64,000 bases of DNA from an uncultured Acidimicrobiia bacterium (lineage in GTDB: Bacteria > Acidobacteriota > Terriglobia > Versatilivoradales > Versatilivoraceae): contig CAWBAT010000004.1 in the NCBI GenBank assembly GCA_963786955.1, positions 640,001 through 704,000 of the forward strand, written 5' to 3'. The notes under the pieces are model-generated. The model saw only the letters and a program-made list of their open reading frames with translations. It searched no databases and was not told where the DNA came from. Shown here piece after piece: positions 9,880-19,544 of the stretch. Within the stretch, counting starts at the first letter, position 1, and every line of letters starts with the position of its first letter. Position numbers and translations under genes: made by a program.

Positions 9880-10641
9880 ATGACAAGGGAAGAGAGACAG
9901 ACTCTTGCAGACAGCGCGCCTCGCTGGATGTACGAATTTGATCTGGGCGACGGAATCAAAACACCGCTGCTGACTGAAGAACTTCGGTCTGTTCACGAGA
10001 CACGCGAAAAGGCGATCTTCCCCTTAATCGATCGCTTATACCCCAAAGGACTGGAACGGAGGCAGTGCCTGGATGTAGCCTGTAACGAAGGTTATTTCTC
10101 ACAATTGCTTTACCAACGCGGAGCTGCCGTCAAAGGGATCGACATCCGGGATCTCAACATCCAGAGGGCCAGAACGGTCCAGGAACTTTATCGTATGGAT
10201 TCTGAACGCCTTCGCTTTGAGGTTGCCGATTTCCTGCTGAATCAGGATACACCCGACAGCTATGAGGTGGTTCTCTTCCTAGGGTTGCTCTACCATTTGG
10301 AAAACCCCATGGGAGCTCTTCGGATCCTTTACCGAATTACACGGACGATTGTAGTGATCGACACGCAACTGACGCGTCAGAACACACCCGTGAAGACGGG
10401 TTGGGGCCAGACTTCAGTCACTCTGGAGTTGCCTGCGAGTGTCGCTTTGCTACAGCAGGAAGACTCTGAAATAAACAACTTGGCTTCGTGGAAGAATTTA
10501 AGTTTTATTCCGAACGCGGCCGCGGTCAGGCAGATGCTTTTTGCAGCGGGCTTCTCGAGCGTCCTGCAGATCGCTGCTCCTCCCGGTTCAAACCCCCAAT
10601 ACTTGAACAACGACCGGGGGATTTTTGTTGCCTTCAAATAG
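9880..10641 (+). CDS. Class I SAM-dependent methyltransferase
   Basis: CLDVACNEGYFS motif I; YEVVLFLGLLYHLENP. Confidence 0.85.
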   Translation: MTREERQTLADSAPRWMYEFDLGDGIKTPLLTEELRSVHETREKAIFPLIDRLYPKGLERRQCLDVACNEGYFSQLLYQRGAAVKGIDIRDLNIQRARTVQELYRMDSERLRFEVADFLLNQDTPDSYEVVLFLGLLYHLENPMGALRILYRITRTIVVIDTQLTRQNTPVKTGWGQTSVTLELPASVALLQQEDSEINNLASWKNLSFIPNAAAVRQMLFAAGFSSVLQIAAPPGSNPQYLNNDRGIFVAFK

Positions 10642-10649
10642 GTCATTGG

Positions 10650-11432
10650 TCAAGCTGGCTTCTGTTCAACCAACGTAAAGACAGTCTGGTTGAACCAGTA
10701 ATTGTCGTAATGAATCTGGCACATCGGCTTAACCCTGCTCCGGATGAAATCTCCTCCGAATTCCCATACCACAGGATACTCTCCGAGTTCTCCATGAAAA
10801 CTGGGGGAAAGCTTGTGCACTACTTCGGCAGAAGGGCCTCTAAGAATTCTTTGACGAGTGATGCGATCATGAAGAACCGGCACCGTGTAGAAATGGTAGC
10901 CTCCAGGCTTAAGCACCCTTTCAGCTTCTCTCAGTGCTTGTTTAAAATCGTAGACATGTTCCAGGGTTTCCGAGTGAATCACCAGATCAAAGGAATTATC
11001 AGGAAATGTCAGTTGGCAAAAATCCAGATTGATTACTCGGTTAATTTCTTCGCCCATGGCTCTCTCGGAATCATAGGTGGTTTCCACCAAATTGGCCGCT
11101 CCGGACAGTGCAGCACTGAGATGATTCGTTTGGTTTAAATGGAGTACGCGCAGCTCACTTAAACGGGGACACACTTTTTTGATGCTCCACAGCAGCATTC
11201 TAACGCGCTTGGACATCTGGCAACCTTGACAGATATGTCCTTCTCGCACGTCAAACAAGCTCCTCTCCTTCCCAGTGAGTTCCCAGCTTGCCGCCAGCTC
11301 ATTGGAGATGATCTTGCGTCTTTCAAAGCGTCGACCACCACAATGAACACAACCATTTCTGTCGATGCGGCAAAATAATAAGGCTGAACCCGGTCCTCGG
11401 AGATGACTGAGAAGTTGGGAGAGGCTGCCCAT
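10650..11432 (-). CDS. Methyltransferase type 11-like protein with N-terminal CxxC...CxxC
   Basis: LTFPDNSFDLVIHSETLEHV, RVLKPGG; CVHC and CQGC. Confidence 0.75.
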   Translation of the reverse strand: MGSLSQLLSHLRGPGSALLFCRIDRNGCVHCGGRRFERRKIISNELAASWELTGKERSLFDVREGHICQGCQMSKRVRMLLWSIKKVCPRLSELRVLHLNQTNHLSAALSGAANLVETTYDSERAMGEEINRVINLDFCQLTFPDNSFDLVIHSETLEHVYDFKQALREAERVLKPGGYHFYTVPVLHDRITRQRILRGPSAEVVHKLSPSFHGELGEYPVVWEFGGDFIRSRVKPMCQIHYDNYWFNQTVFTLVEQKPA

Positions 11433-11559
11433 AGCTGCTGCTCTCTAATGGATCCAAAGACAGAAATGTTATCTTGACGCTTGAAAAATTCTCTCCCGAG
11501 CGTTAGAGAATCTGGTTCCTCTCATGACAAATCAATCGTTGCGGATGGTGAATGGATAG

Positions 11560-12495
11560 TTATGGGTTGCGGGCAACGGGTTTGAAATACTCTTCATCAA
11601 TCTGGACGTTCTGGCCGTTTCTCATTTCCTTTAAAAAGTTCTCGAATTTTTGGTTTCGCAGATCGGTATCAACCTCCTTGCGAACATCCTCGAGTTTAGG
11701 CTTCCTCCGGTCTTCAACTTTAACAATCTCATATCCCAGTGCCGTTGCTTGTACTTCGCTAATCGATCCGACCGGAATCGAAAAAATTAATTGTTCGAGA
11801 GGTGGTACGATCAGGTGGGTCTTGGTCCCTCTCCGGATGTAACCTAAGTCTCCGCCTTTTCCTGAAGACATGGGGTCTGAGGAATATTTAGCCGCTATTT
11901 CCTCGAAGTCTGCGCCTTCGAGAAGCTTCTTTCGTATTTCTTCTGCCTTGGCAAGCGCTTCTTCCTTGGTCGCAGGAGATTCCATCCCTGCTGTACCACT
12001 GTTAGGAAGGCTAAAGGGCGCCTGGAATACGATCCTCCTGACCCGAGCTTCCTCATATTTGGTGATGTTGTCGTCCAGGAACTTTTGGGCTTCTTCTGCG
12101 GTTGCGGTCATTTCCTTTTGTAGTTCCTGTCGAACTGCATACATGAGGATACTGTCTCGCGCGATGTTAAGGCGTATTTTCACCTCCTCCCTCTCGTCGA
12201 GATGACGTTTTTCGGCTTCCTTTGTCAAAAGCTTGCTATTCAGGATGTATTCTGCAAGCTGCCTCTTTCCCTGCCCTGAATAAAACGAGCGCTGTTGAGG
12301 TGGAAAATTCTCTAACATTTTTTCAGTATCTCTGGCCGTGATTTTGAGATCGCCGATAACAATCACCACTTTGTCCGGAGGGGTGACGATTGGCGAATCT
12401 ACTTTCCCTCCTGTCTGCGCGTGTAGCTGACAAGGGATCGTCCAGAAAAAAAGGCTCAACAATAGAAAAGAAAGTGCAAAGGATTTTGATGGCAA
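11560..12495 (-). CDS. Periplasmic PpiC/parvulin-type peptidyl-prolyl isomerase (SurA/PrsA-like)
   Basis: Signal peptide; GADFEEIAAKYSSD-x-x-S-x-x-KGGDLG and GYEIVKVED. Confidence 0.9.
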   Translation of the reverse strand: MPSKSFALSFLLLSLFFWTIPCQLHAQTGGKVDSPIVTPPDKVVIVIGDLKITARDTEKMLENFPPQQRSFYSGQGKRQLAEYILNSKLLTKEAEKRHLDEREEVKIRLNIARDSILMYAVRQELQKEMTATAEEAQKFLDDNITKYEEARVRRIVFQAPFSLPNSGTAGMESPATKEEALAKAEEIRKKLLEGADFEEIAAKYSSDPMSSGKGGDLGYIRRGTKTHLIVPPLEQLIFSIPVGSISEVQATALGYEIVKVEDRRKPKLEDVRKEVDTDLRNQKFENFLKEMRNGQNVQIDEEYFKPVARNP

Positions 12496-12639
12496 GAGGA
12501 ACTCCTTTCAGCGAAAAAGACGTGTCCAAGATCGCAAGCGTAATATAACCGTTTGGCTATGAAATTAAAACCTACAAAATACAATCAGGGCGGGCTGTAT
12601 TTCCCAGAATTGTTCGAACATTTTATGTTTATCCAATGC

Positions 12640-12963
12640 CATTCACCCCTCGACGAATCGAGGGGTGAATGAAATGTCCGTGCTTGAGAACGTGTCCTCC
12701 CCGGCTCAGCTTGGTGTTTGGACATCTGTGCAGGCCAGAGGCCCGCACCACAACCTTGTGGTGCAGGCGTCCCGCCTGCCTCAAGCGGCCTGAAAGGCCT
12801 ATTCACGCCGTAGCCGAGGGCAACGCCCTCGGTGACGATTCCAAAATGTCCGGTGCCCTGTAAGGGCAACACAATCAGTAGCCGGCCGCGGTGAGGCCGG
12901 GCCGGCGTCACCGATCCCTGCTCCAACGAATGTCCGCGGCGGTCTCAGCGAGACCGCCCTACC
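12640..12963. repeat. Composite REP/BIME-like cluster
   Basis: CATTCACCCCTCG..CGAGGGGTGAATG palindrome; GTGGTGCAGGCGTCCCGCCTGC; GTAGCCGAGGGCAACGCCCTCGG; GGCGGTCTCAGCGAGACCGCCCTAC. Confidence 0.8.
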
Positions 12964-13144
12964 TTACCCCTGGAGCTCTCTTTAGCCAAGGGAAACACTC
13001 GAAGAACAACACCGAAACCAATTCTTGCACACCTTCACGCCGCCCCGAAGACTAACCGAGTGCCTTTCTTAGTGGCATCCAACAGTTTGTGGCCTATAAT
13101 TAGATTAATATTTCGATTTAAGCTTGATTCATTAGGAGGTCGAA

Positions 13145-15946
13145 ATGGGAAGATCCTCTCTAAAACCAAACTCTTCCCACGGAGCCTGCCGTATCGGCGT
13201 GGGAACAAAGCTCTCAGTTCCTGGATTGCGACGGTGCTTCATGGCATCCCTGGGAGCACTGGTCTTCCAGTTCGCATTGATACAATCGCTCTTTGCCCAA
13301 ACAATCTCCCAAGATTTGAGTACCTCCGTTGCAAATGTGAACTTTAACGGAGTGGCTGAACTGTTGGGGCCAGTCGCTCTCACTCGGAGCGCCAGTGGGG
13401 GAGCGACTCAAACGACCCAAGCCAGCACCCTCTATTTTCAATATCTGGAAGTTCCTATTAGCAATCTTTTCGCAGGGCAAGGCAGTGTCAACCCGGTCAC
13501 AGGTATTTTTGCTGATTCGGGCGGGATCACGGTCACCGTGACCGGTGGATACATCAATGCGGGGGTCACGGTACAGGTGACCAACATTGGATCAGGAATC
13601 TCAACCAGCGGGATATTGGCCATTTCTCTTCCAGGCGGGCTGAATGTCTCCGCGGGGGATCAGATCAGGGTTAATGGGGTTAAGGGGAACGCTAAAGACA
13701 TCGCGTTGGGCAGTAAAATCTCATGCTCCATCTCGGCTCTACCCGGGGGAAGCCATTCCTTCGTTATTAGCTCTGTCGGTACCGTCGGATTTGTTCAATA
13801 TTTGACTCCAATACTCACTACAGCGTCACCGCTGCCTGATTCAATACTCTACATGACCTATTCGCAGACTCTCAAAGCTACAGGAGGGACTGCACCCTAC
13901 ACTTTTACCCTCGATAGCGGCAAACTCCCGCCCGGGTGCCTCATCATGACGGGAACAGGGGAGATTAAGGGCTTCCCTGAAATCGGTGGAGCTTACGTTT
14001 TCGTGGTAAAAGTAACAGACTCTCTCGGAGCGTCCGGGAAAAAAGAATATGTTATGAATGTGGTGGGTTTCACAACCTCACCTTTTGAGCTTAGCTTTGG
14101 AAATGTTCCTGTCGGCACCGCTTCAACATTGAAGCTCACAGCTACAAACACCGGGCCCACCAAACTGGACATCACTCTGGGTGTTACCAAGCCTGAGATC
14201 TTCCAGATTTCTCAGACAAGCTTAAGTCTTGAGGCCGGAAAGTCGGGAACATTCGCCGTCACTTTTAATCCTCTGAATCAATTATACGTGAATGCTAATG
14301 TCCTCCTCTCCATTCCAGGGCTCAACGCGGCTGTGAGCTTGAAAGGGCGAGGCACTTCCGGGCAGGGGAATTTGCAAACTTCCATCATTCCTGTTAATGG
14401 ATCCACAGCCGGAGGCACTCGGGTGCATATCCGAGGACAGAATTTTAGGCCGGGTATCAACGCTCTCCTCGGAGGTGTGGCTCTTTCAGATCTATCCCTC
14501 ATCAGTGACACGGAGTTGGCCGGCACGACGGCACCACATCGGCCCGGCGCCATAGAACTCACCGTTATTAAGGCTGATGGGACAAGTAACACGCTGGCTA
14601 ATGCGTTTACTTATAGAGATCTTCCAAAGGTTTCGGCTGCTCCCGGATCGCAGCGGATCCCCTTTGTCATAGACAATGACCAATTTCGGACCAATTTGGG
14701 AGTCAATAATTTGGGAGACCAGATGGCCACGACAACGGTCACGCTGGTCGACTGCAGTGGCTTCTTGCTGGGACAGAAAATCCTCACGGTCCCCGCCAAA
14801 GGTTTGACCCAAGTCTCTCATATTGTCCGCTTTCTCGAAGACACCACCCAGATCACCGGACGTGAGGGGTATCTTCTTTTGGAGTCTGATCAACCTGTTT
14901 TGGGTTGGGTATCTCAAATTGACAATTTGACATTGGACCCAAGCCTGCAAATTTCCGCATCCGAAACTGCTTCGCGAATCTTAATCCCCTCTTCTGTCTC
15001 AAATGGGCGATTCGCTACGAGCTTGCTCATCTTGAACAGCAGCCCTAGCGCTGGTCACGTGAATGTCCTGGCTCGCAATAGTGCCGGGTCTCTCCAAGTT
15101 TCACTTTCGAATTTAAATATTGCCAGCAACGGCTATCTGCTTTTTGAAGATTTCTATAAGACCGTTGGACTAAATAACGTTTCAGGTCCAATTGAAATAG
15201 TGGCTTTGGATGACATTCAAATCATGGCTAGCGCTCGGGTCTTTAGCACGGACCATACCGGAGCCTACCTCGCCGGAATTGCCCCGAGCAGGGCTTCCAA
15301 AGAACTTTTCTTGCCTTACTTTGTCAACAGCCTGGATTTTCGCACCAACCTTGTAGTGAACAATCCGGGGACAAAGTCTGCTACTGTAACCATTACGCTC
15401 ACTGACAAAGAGGGCGAGGCTCTCGGCTGCCAGATGGCCAACGTCCCTCCCAACGGCCTTGCACAGTTTAACGACATCATCCGTGCACTTATTGGAGGTT
15501 CTCAGAATGCCAACTTAGAAGGTTGGATTCGTCTGAATTCGGATCAGGAAATTTTTGGATGGACTTCACAGATCGATAATACAGTCCAAGATCCGAGTTT
15601 CGCCGAAGCAATCCTGTCAGGAAATTCGAGATGGCTGATCCCCTCGGCAGTGAAAGCCGGAACCTTCCAATCGACCTTGGTGGTGGTGAATCTGGATTCA
15701 GCGGATAATCAGGTTGAACTGCTAGCCAGGGATCCCGCGGGTAACGTGAGAAAGTCAGAAACGATTATGATCCCGGGAAATGGAATGATTACTCTTCCAG
15801 ATGTCCTTGCACGGCTGGGACTCGAAGGCGTCTTCGGACCGCTGGAAGTTCGCTCAGCCAGCAACGGACGCCTGCTGGTGCAATCACGTGTTTATACTGC
15901 TGCACGATATAGTGGAATATTCGAAGGGATTGCTCTGAACCCTTGA
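13145..15946 (+). CDS. Secreted multidomain surface protein: N-domain like that of the candidate S-layer protein, putative Ig (He_PIG-like), ASH/Ig-like, IPT/TIG, and four C-terminal beta-sandwich repeats
   Basis: AGGAGG RBS; signal ending LFA-Q; ATGGTAPYTF..LPPG; LSFGNVPVG; PVNGSTAGGTRVHIRGQNF..AFTY; A-B-A-B repeats P-x-V...F-x-T-x-L-x-x-x-N. Confidence 0.8.
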   Translation: MGRSSLKPNSSHGACRIGVGTKLSVPGLRRCFMASLGALVFQFALIQSLFAQTISQDLSTSVANVNFNGVAELLGPVALTRSASGGATQTTQASTLYFQYLEVPISNLFAGQGSVNPVTGIFADSGGITVTVTGGYINAGVTVQVTNIGSGISTSGILAISLPGGLNVSAGDQIRVNGVKGNAKDIALGSKISCSISALPGGSHSFVISSVGTVGFVQYLTPILTTASPLPDSILYMTYSQTLKATGGTAPYTFTLDSGKLPPGCLIMTGTGEIKGFPEIGGAYVFVVKVTDSLGASGKKEYVMNVVGFTTSPFELSFGNVPVGTASTLKLTATNTGPTKLDITLGVTKPEIFQISQTSLSLEAGKSGTFAVTFNPLNQLYVNANVLLSIPGLNAAVSLKGRGTSGQGNLQTSIIPVNGSTAGGTRVHIRGQNFRPGINALLGGVALSDLSLISDTELAGTTAPHRPGAIELTVIKADGTSNTLANAFTYRDLPKVSAAPGSQRIPFVIDNDQFRTNLGVNNLGDQMATTTVTLVDCSGFLLGQKILTVPAKGLTQVSHIVRFLEDTTQITGREGYLLLESDQPVLGWVSQIDNLTLDPSLQISASETASRILIPSSVSNGRFATSLLILNSSPSAGHVNVLARNSAGSLQVSLSNLNIASNGYLLFEDFYKTVGLNNVSGPIEIVALDDIQIMASARVFSTDHTGAYLAGIAPSRASKELFLPYFVNSLDFRTNLVVNNPGTKSATVTITLTDKEGEALGCQMANVPPNGLAQFNDIIRALIGGSQNANLEGWIRLNSDQEIFGWTSQIDNTVQDPSFAEAILSGNSRWLIPSAVKAGTFQSTLVVVNLDSADNQVELLARDPAGNVRKSETIMIPGNGMITLPDVLARLGLEGVFGPLEVRSASNGRLLVQSRVYTAARYSGIFEGIALNP

Positions 15947-15968
15947 GCTTCGAACTGCCGGCGAAGAG

Positions 15969-16506
15969 CAAACATTCGTTGTAGCCGGGGTCGTTGACCC
16001 CGGCCCCAGGCCGGCCTCACCGAGGCCGGCTACAGCTAAGAATAATTTTCGAGGTTTCACAACACATGGTAGGGCGGTCTCGTGAGACCGCCGCAAATGT
16101 TCGTTGTAGCCGGGGTCGTTGACCCCGGCCCCAGGCCGGCCTCACCGAGGCCGGGTACAGTTAAGAATAATTTTTGAGGTTTCACAACACATGGTAGGGC
16201 GGTCTCGTTGAGACCGCCGCAAATGTTCGTTGTAGCCGGGGTCATTGACCCCGGCCCCAGGCCGGCCTCACCGAGGCCGGCTACAGTTAAGAATAATTTT
16301 TGAGGTTTCACAACACAAGGTAGGGCGGTCTCGCTGAGACCGCCGCAAATGTTCGTTGTAGCCGGGGTCGTTGACCCCGGCCCCAGGCCGGCCTCACCGA
16401 GGCCGGCTACAGTTAAGAATAATTTTTGAGGTTTCACAACACAAGGTAGGGCGGTCTCGCTGAGACCGCCGCGAACGTTCGTTGTAGGCCGGGTCACCGA
16501 CCCGGC
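15969..16506. repeat. Tandem array of 125-126-bp BIME-like units (4 full plus a partial fifth), each with three GTAG REP hairpins
   Basis: GTAGCCGGGG starts at 15981, 16106, 16232 and 16358, with a variant at 16484; units nearly identical, no unique spacers. Confidence 0.95.
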
Positions 16507-16546
16507 GCCAATCTTTCCAAATTTCCTGCTCTGGAAGAGTTTACAA

Positions 16547-17371
16547 CTACTTTTTCGTTCCCTCAGCTGGGGGGATTTGATCCGCCGGCAAGATAAAAGC
16601 TTTAAAATAGAGCTGAATCATCTCCTTGATCGGAAGAAACTCCACAACGAACGAGTGATCAATACGGCCTTTCAGTTTAGACGTATCCAACTCCACAATC
16701 ACTTCCCCTTTTTCATGCGGGTTGATCATCCGCTTTTCGGTTTTGTTTTTTAGGAAGTCGGCTCTGAGATAGATGTTTTCAACTTTGATAGGCTGAGATG
16801 AGAGATTCGTAAACGGAAACTTCAGAGTGATTGGGAGTCCTATGGGGACAGTCCCCAATTTGAGGTGATCTTGGTCAAACTTAACCTCTTTTCCTGCTGA
16901 GAGGCCCAGGAGGGGACCCGGGGCAGATTGCGGCGTCTTCGAATATTCTTCCATTTTTTGCGCAAGGCTTTGCGGAGGGTTTTCTATATCGCAGTACCAG
17001 TTTCCTTTCAGTAATCTCCATCGTGTGTAATTTGGCACTTCCATTCGGTACGGAAACTTGGCGGTACCCCCAGTGCTGATACTAGCCTCAACAGCGGCAG
17101 ACGTGCCTTCCTCCTCCATCTTCACAACAATAATTCTAAACGCATCAACTGGATCCCGTTTTTGAGTCAAAAAGCGCTTCCTGGATTTCGGCAGTACAAG
17201 CTCTGCGGCCTTTTTGAGGTCGTTGCTTTTGATATCATTGTAATACTCCGTTACTCTTTGCTTGATTTTCTCGGCTTCAGGATTTGCCTGGATGGTGTCA
17301 GTAGCCTGTCCAAGAAACTCCGGAGCACTCAATAAATTCAAAAAGAGGAGTAGTAAAAAGCAGTAACCCAT
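16547..17371 (-). CDS. Secreted protein with C-terminal DUF1573-like Ig domain
   Basis: ATG 17371 with AAGGGAGG RBS and signal peptide; C-terminal LGTVPIG..FPFTN-x-S-x-x-PIKV..I-x-P-x-EKGEVIVELDT; the ORF-track start at 17635 is likely too long. Confidence 0.7.
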   Translation of the reverse strand: MGYCFLLLLFLNLLSAPEFLGQATDTIQANPEAEKIKQRVTEYYNDIKSNDLKKAAELVLPKSRKRFLTQKRDPVDAFRIIVVKMEEEGTSAAVEASISTGGTAKFPYRMEVPNYTRWRLLKGNWYCDIENPPQSLAQKMEEYSKTPQSAPGPLLGLSAGKEVKFDQDHLKLGTVPIGLPITLKFPFTNLSSQPIKVENIYLRADFLKNKTEKRMINPHEKGEVIVELDTSKLKGRIDHSFVVEFLPIKEMIQLYFKAFILPADQIPPAEGTKK

Positions 17372-17633
17372 GCCTCCCTTGACAATAGCCAAGAGATCCC
17401 CTCCTATTTTAGGAGGGGTCTGGGGCTGGTAATGGCCTGCCCGTACAAACTCAAACCCATTGGCCCCTCCTTTAACAGAATAGCGGCGTGCGACCATTTC
17501 AAATCCATCGGAATATTTGGCGTTCCTGTTGATTACTTGCTGCTTTTCCAATATCCCTCCTTCGCGCGTGATAAAAACAATGTGACTGTATTTATGAAAC
17601 AGAGCAGTTAACCGCAAGACTGTTGATGATATC

Positions 17634-17670
17634 AAAAAAATGGGGTAGCCACCTTCGTAGCTACCCCATT
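17634..17670 (-). terminator. Intrinsic terminator of the 529-aa gene
   Basis: Minus strand ATGGGGTAGCTAC-GAAG-GTGGCTACCCCAT followed by a T-run. Confidence 0.9.
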
Positions 17671-17706
17671 AGAAGATACAAAGACTCAGACTAGACTAAC
17701 GACTCA

Positions 17707-19296
17707 TTACTCGCCCAGAGATTCTGGATAAAATCTCGCTGTTGATGTTCCTGATGTATTCAACACGAGGGCCAGATAGCCTTGAGCTGTATCGAGAGTC
17801 CCGCCGATTGTGCCTTGCGTAATATAAGCAAAGCCATGACCAAACCGGAAGTCGCATACGGCTATCAGATACCCAAACTTTTGTGCGCCAAAGGCTGAGA
17901 AAGGCGTAGCATAGGTATCCCCTGGCACGATGACAGACGTTGTTACTGGAGTGGGTGCTACTGGAGCTGCTCCGAAGGTCTGTGGGTAGAAGTAGAACTT
18001 GATCACTCCAGGATCGCCAACGGTCGGAGGATTGATCGCCCCTACGTCATAACCCGTATTGGCAATGGCAATACCTGTGTCATAACCAAAGGATGGCAAC
18101 GAACCCACCCATGGGAACAACAGGTTTGTGACGCAATCGACATACTGGACAACGTCGAATGCTGTCCTAAGCGGGTCGGCAAAACGAGGCAGGGCTGTGA
18201 AAGGACTAGCATCAGGAGGTTGCTCCTGGGCCTGCAAGGCCATAATCGAATTGGGAAGAGTGGACAGGCCTACGCCAATTTGCCCAGCAGCGGGTGTAGC
18301 GCTGCCCGTAAATGTCCAGTTAAAGGTATACGTTTCAACCGTATTGTCGCTTCCTGCCTGCGAGGGGGTGGTGAATGAGTAAAGGGCGTTTTCACCATTG
18401 GTGGCCTGTGAAACAAGAGTGAGTGCGGACTGCTGGGGGACCGCATTAATGTTCTCATTGCTTGCAACACTAGCCGGCCAGTTAGCCTTCACGCCAGTTG
18501 GCAAACCATTAAAAACAAAATAAACCCAGCTATTTGCGTTCCCCCCGGCTGCTAAGTTTATCGGCGGACCAACTGAGCTCCTGCCATCTGTCGGCGCAGC
18601 AACACCCGCAATCGCCACGTATTGAACCCAGGTAGTCAGTGACTCTTCCTTAACGGTAAAAGCCAAACTGCCTGACGGTTGGCAGATTGGAACCCTTACT
18701 ATGGGGTTTCCACTGATGCTAAAGTTGTCCACAACAAAGGCAACTGTTGGGGACGAAGTCACAATGAAATTACTCGATCCGCTAGGAGCTGCGGTAAACT
18801 GGGTAATCACGATGCTCGAAATGGCTCTGCCTATTACACTGGAGCGAATACCCCTAAGTATGATCTGATCATTCGCCGCAGGCGCAGCAGCGGCACCAAA
18901 TCTAATGCTCACCGTCCCGCCGATGCTTGGGACATTGGAGTTGACCGTAACCGTGTAAGCTGGAAAGCCCGCAGTTGTGGTCAGAGACCATCCATTCACG
19001 CCAACACAAGTCGTGGCACCGCCAGCACAAGCGACATTGGTAGCGGCCTGCGTGGGAGTAATCGCAGATTGAGAGAAGGTAATTGTAACCTGGTCATTTG
19101 TGGCGATTCCCGTCGGGAGTGGACTAGCTGCTACTGATAAAAGAACATCACCCATCACTTCAGCTGCACCGTTCTTTACGGCGTTAAGGGGTGAAGTCTG
19201 GACTTGGTAAGTAATAGCGGCCTGGGCACTCAATGCAAAACCGAGCACCAAGAGCGCGCATACCAATGATGATACTATTGTATTTTTTACTCGCAT
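17707..19296 (-). CDS. Secreted Ala/Thr/Ser/Gly-rich protein, candidate major S-layer subunit (529 aa)
   Basis: ATG 19296 with GAGGAG RBS; signal peptide ..ALSAQA; few charged residues; C-terminal TNLLFPWV..YDTGIAIANT..AQGYLALVL; own promoter and terminator. The S-layer role is inferred. Confidence 0.6.
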   Translation of the reverse strand: MRVKNTIVSSLVCALLVLGFALSAQAAITYQVQTSPLNAVKNGAAEVMGDVLLSVAASPLPTGIATNDQVTITFSQSAITPTQAATNVACAGGATTCVGVNGWSLTTTAGFPAYTVTVNSNVPSIGGTVSIRFGAAAAPAANDQIILRGIRSSVIGRAISSIVITQFTAAPSGSSNFIVTSSPTVAFVVDNFSISGNPIVRVPICQPSGSLAFTVKEESLTTWVQYVAIAGVAAPTDGRSSVGPPINLAAGGNANSWVYFVFNGLPTGVKANWPASVASNENINAVPQQSALTLVSQATNGENALYSFTTPSQAGSDNTVETYTFNWTFTGSATPAAGQIGVGLSTLPNSIMALQAQEQPPDASPFTALPRFADPLRTAFDVVQYVDCVTNLLFPWVGSLPSFGYDTGIAIANTGYDVGAINPPTVGDPGVIKFYFYPQTFGAAPVAPTPVTTSVIVPGDTYATPFSAFGAQKFGYLIAVCDFRFGHGFAYITQGTIGGTLDTAQGYLALVLNTSGTSTARFYPESLGE

Positions 19297-19544
19297 TTTC
19301 TCTCCTCGTTTAAAGTTTAATTCGACAAAACATTCAGATGTGGGGTCCCAACTTCTGTCTTGCAGATACAGCTTGTCAATCAACCGGTTCACTAAGTATA
19401 CAACTGAGAAGTGGAATTTGTGTCACCAGCGTTCAAAAATATCTTTTGGTTCCATAACTCTGGCAAACACGCGGAGAATCAGGTGACAGACTAGATGTTT
19501 TCGTTACACCCTAACTCCGGATATTCTGAAAGACTCTAGATCTC

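Noticed and set aside
10488-11138. 216-aa plus-strand ORF and other short antisense ORFs in the track
   Set aside because: They are shadows of motif-bearing genes on the opposite strand or in another frame
12585-12926. ORFs over REP clusters (also 19797-20098, 22779-22976, 30882-31136)
   Set aside because: They overlap palindromic repeats and show no protein motifs
16057-16497. 146-aa repeat protein ORF (also 15884-16096)
   Set aside because: It is just the translation of the 126-bp DNA repeat
15969-16506. CRISPR array
   Set aside because: Units are 125-126 bp and near-identical throughout, with no unique spacers and no cas genes nearby; this is a REP/BIME tandem
17372-17635. Extended N-terminus of the DUF1573-like protein (likewise 19297-19392 for the 529-aa protein)
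   Set aside because: Downstream ATGs have strong RBSs and begin signal peptides
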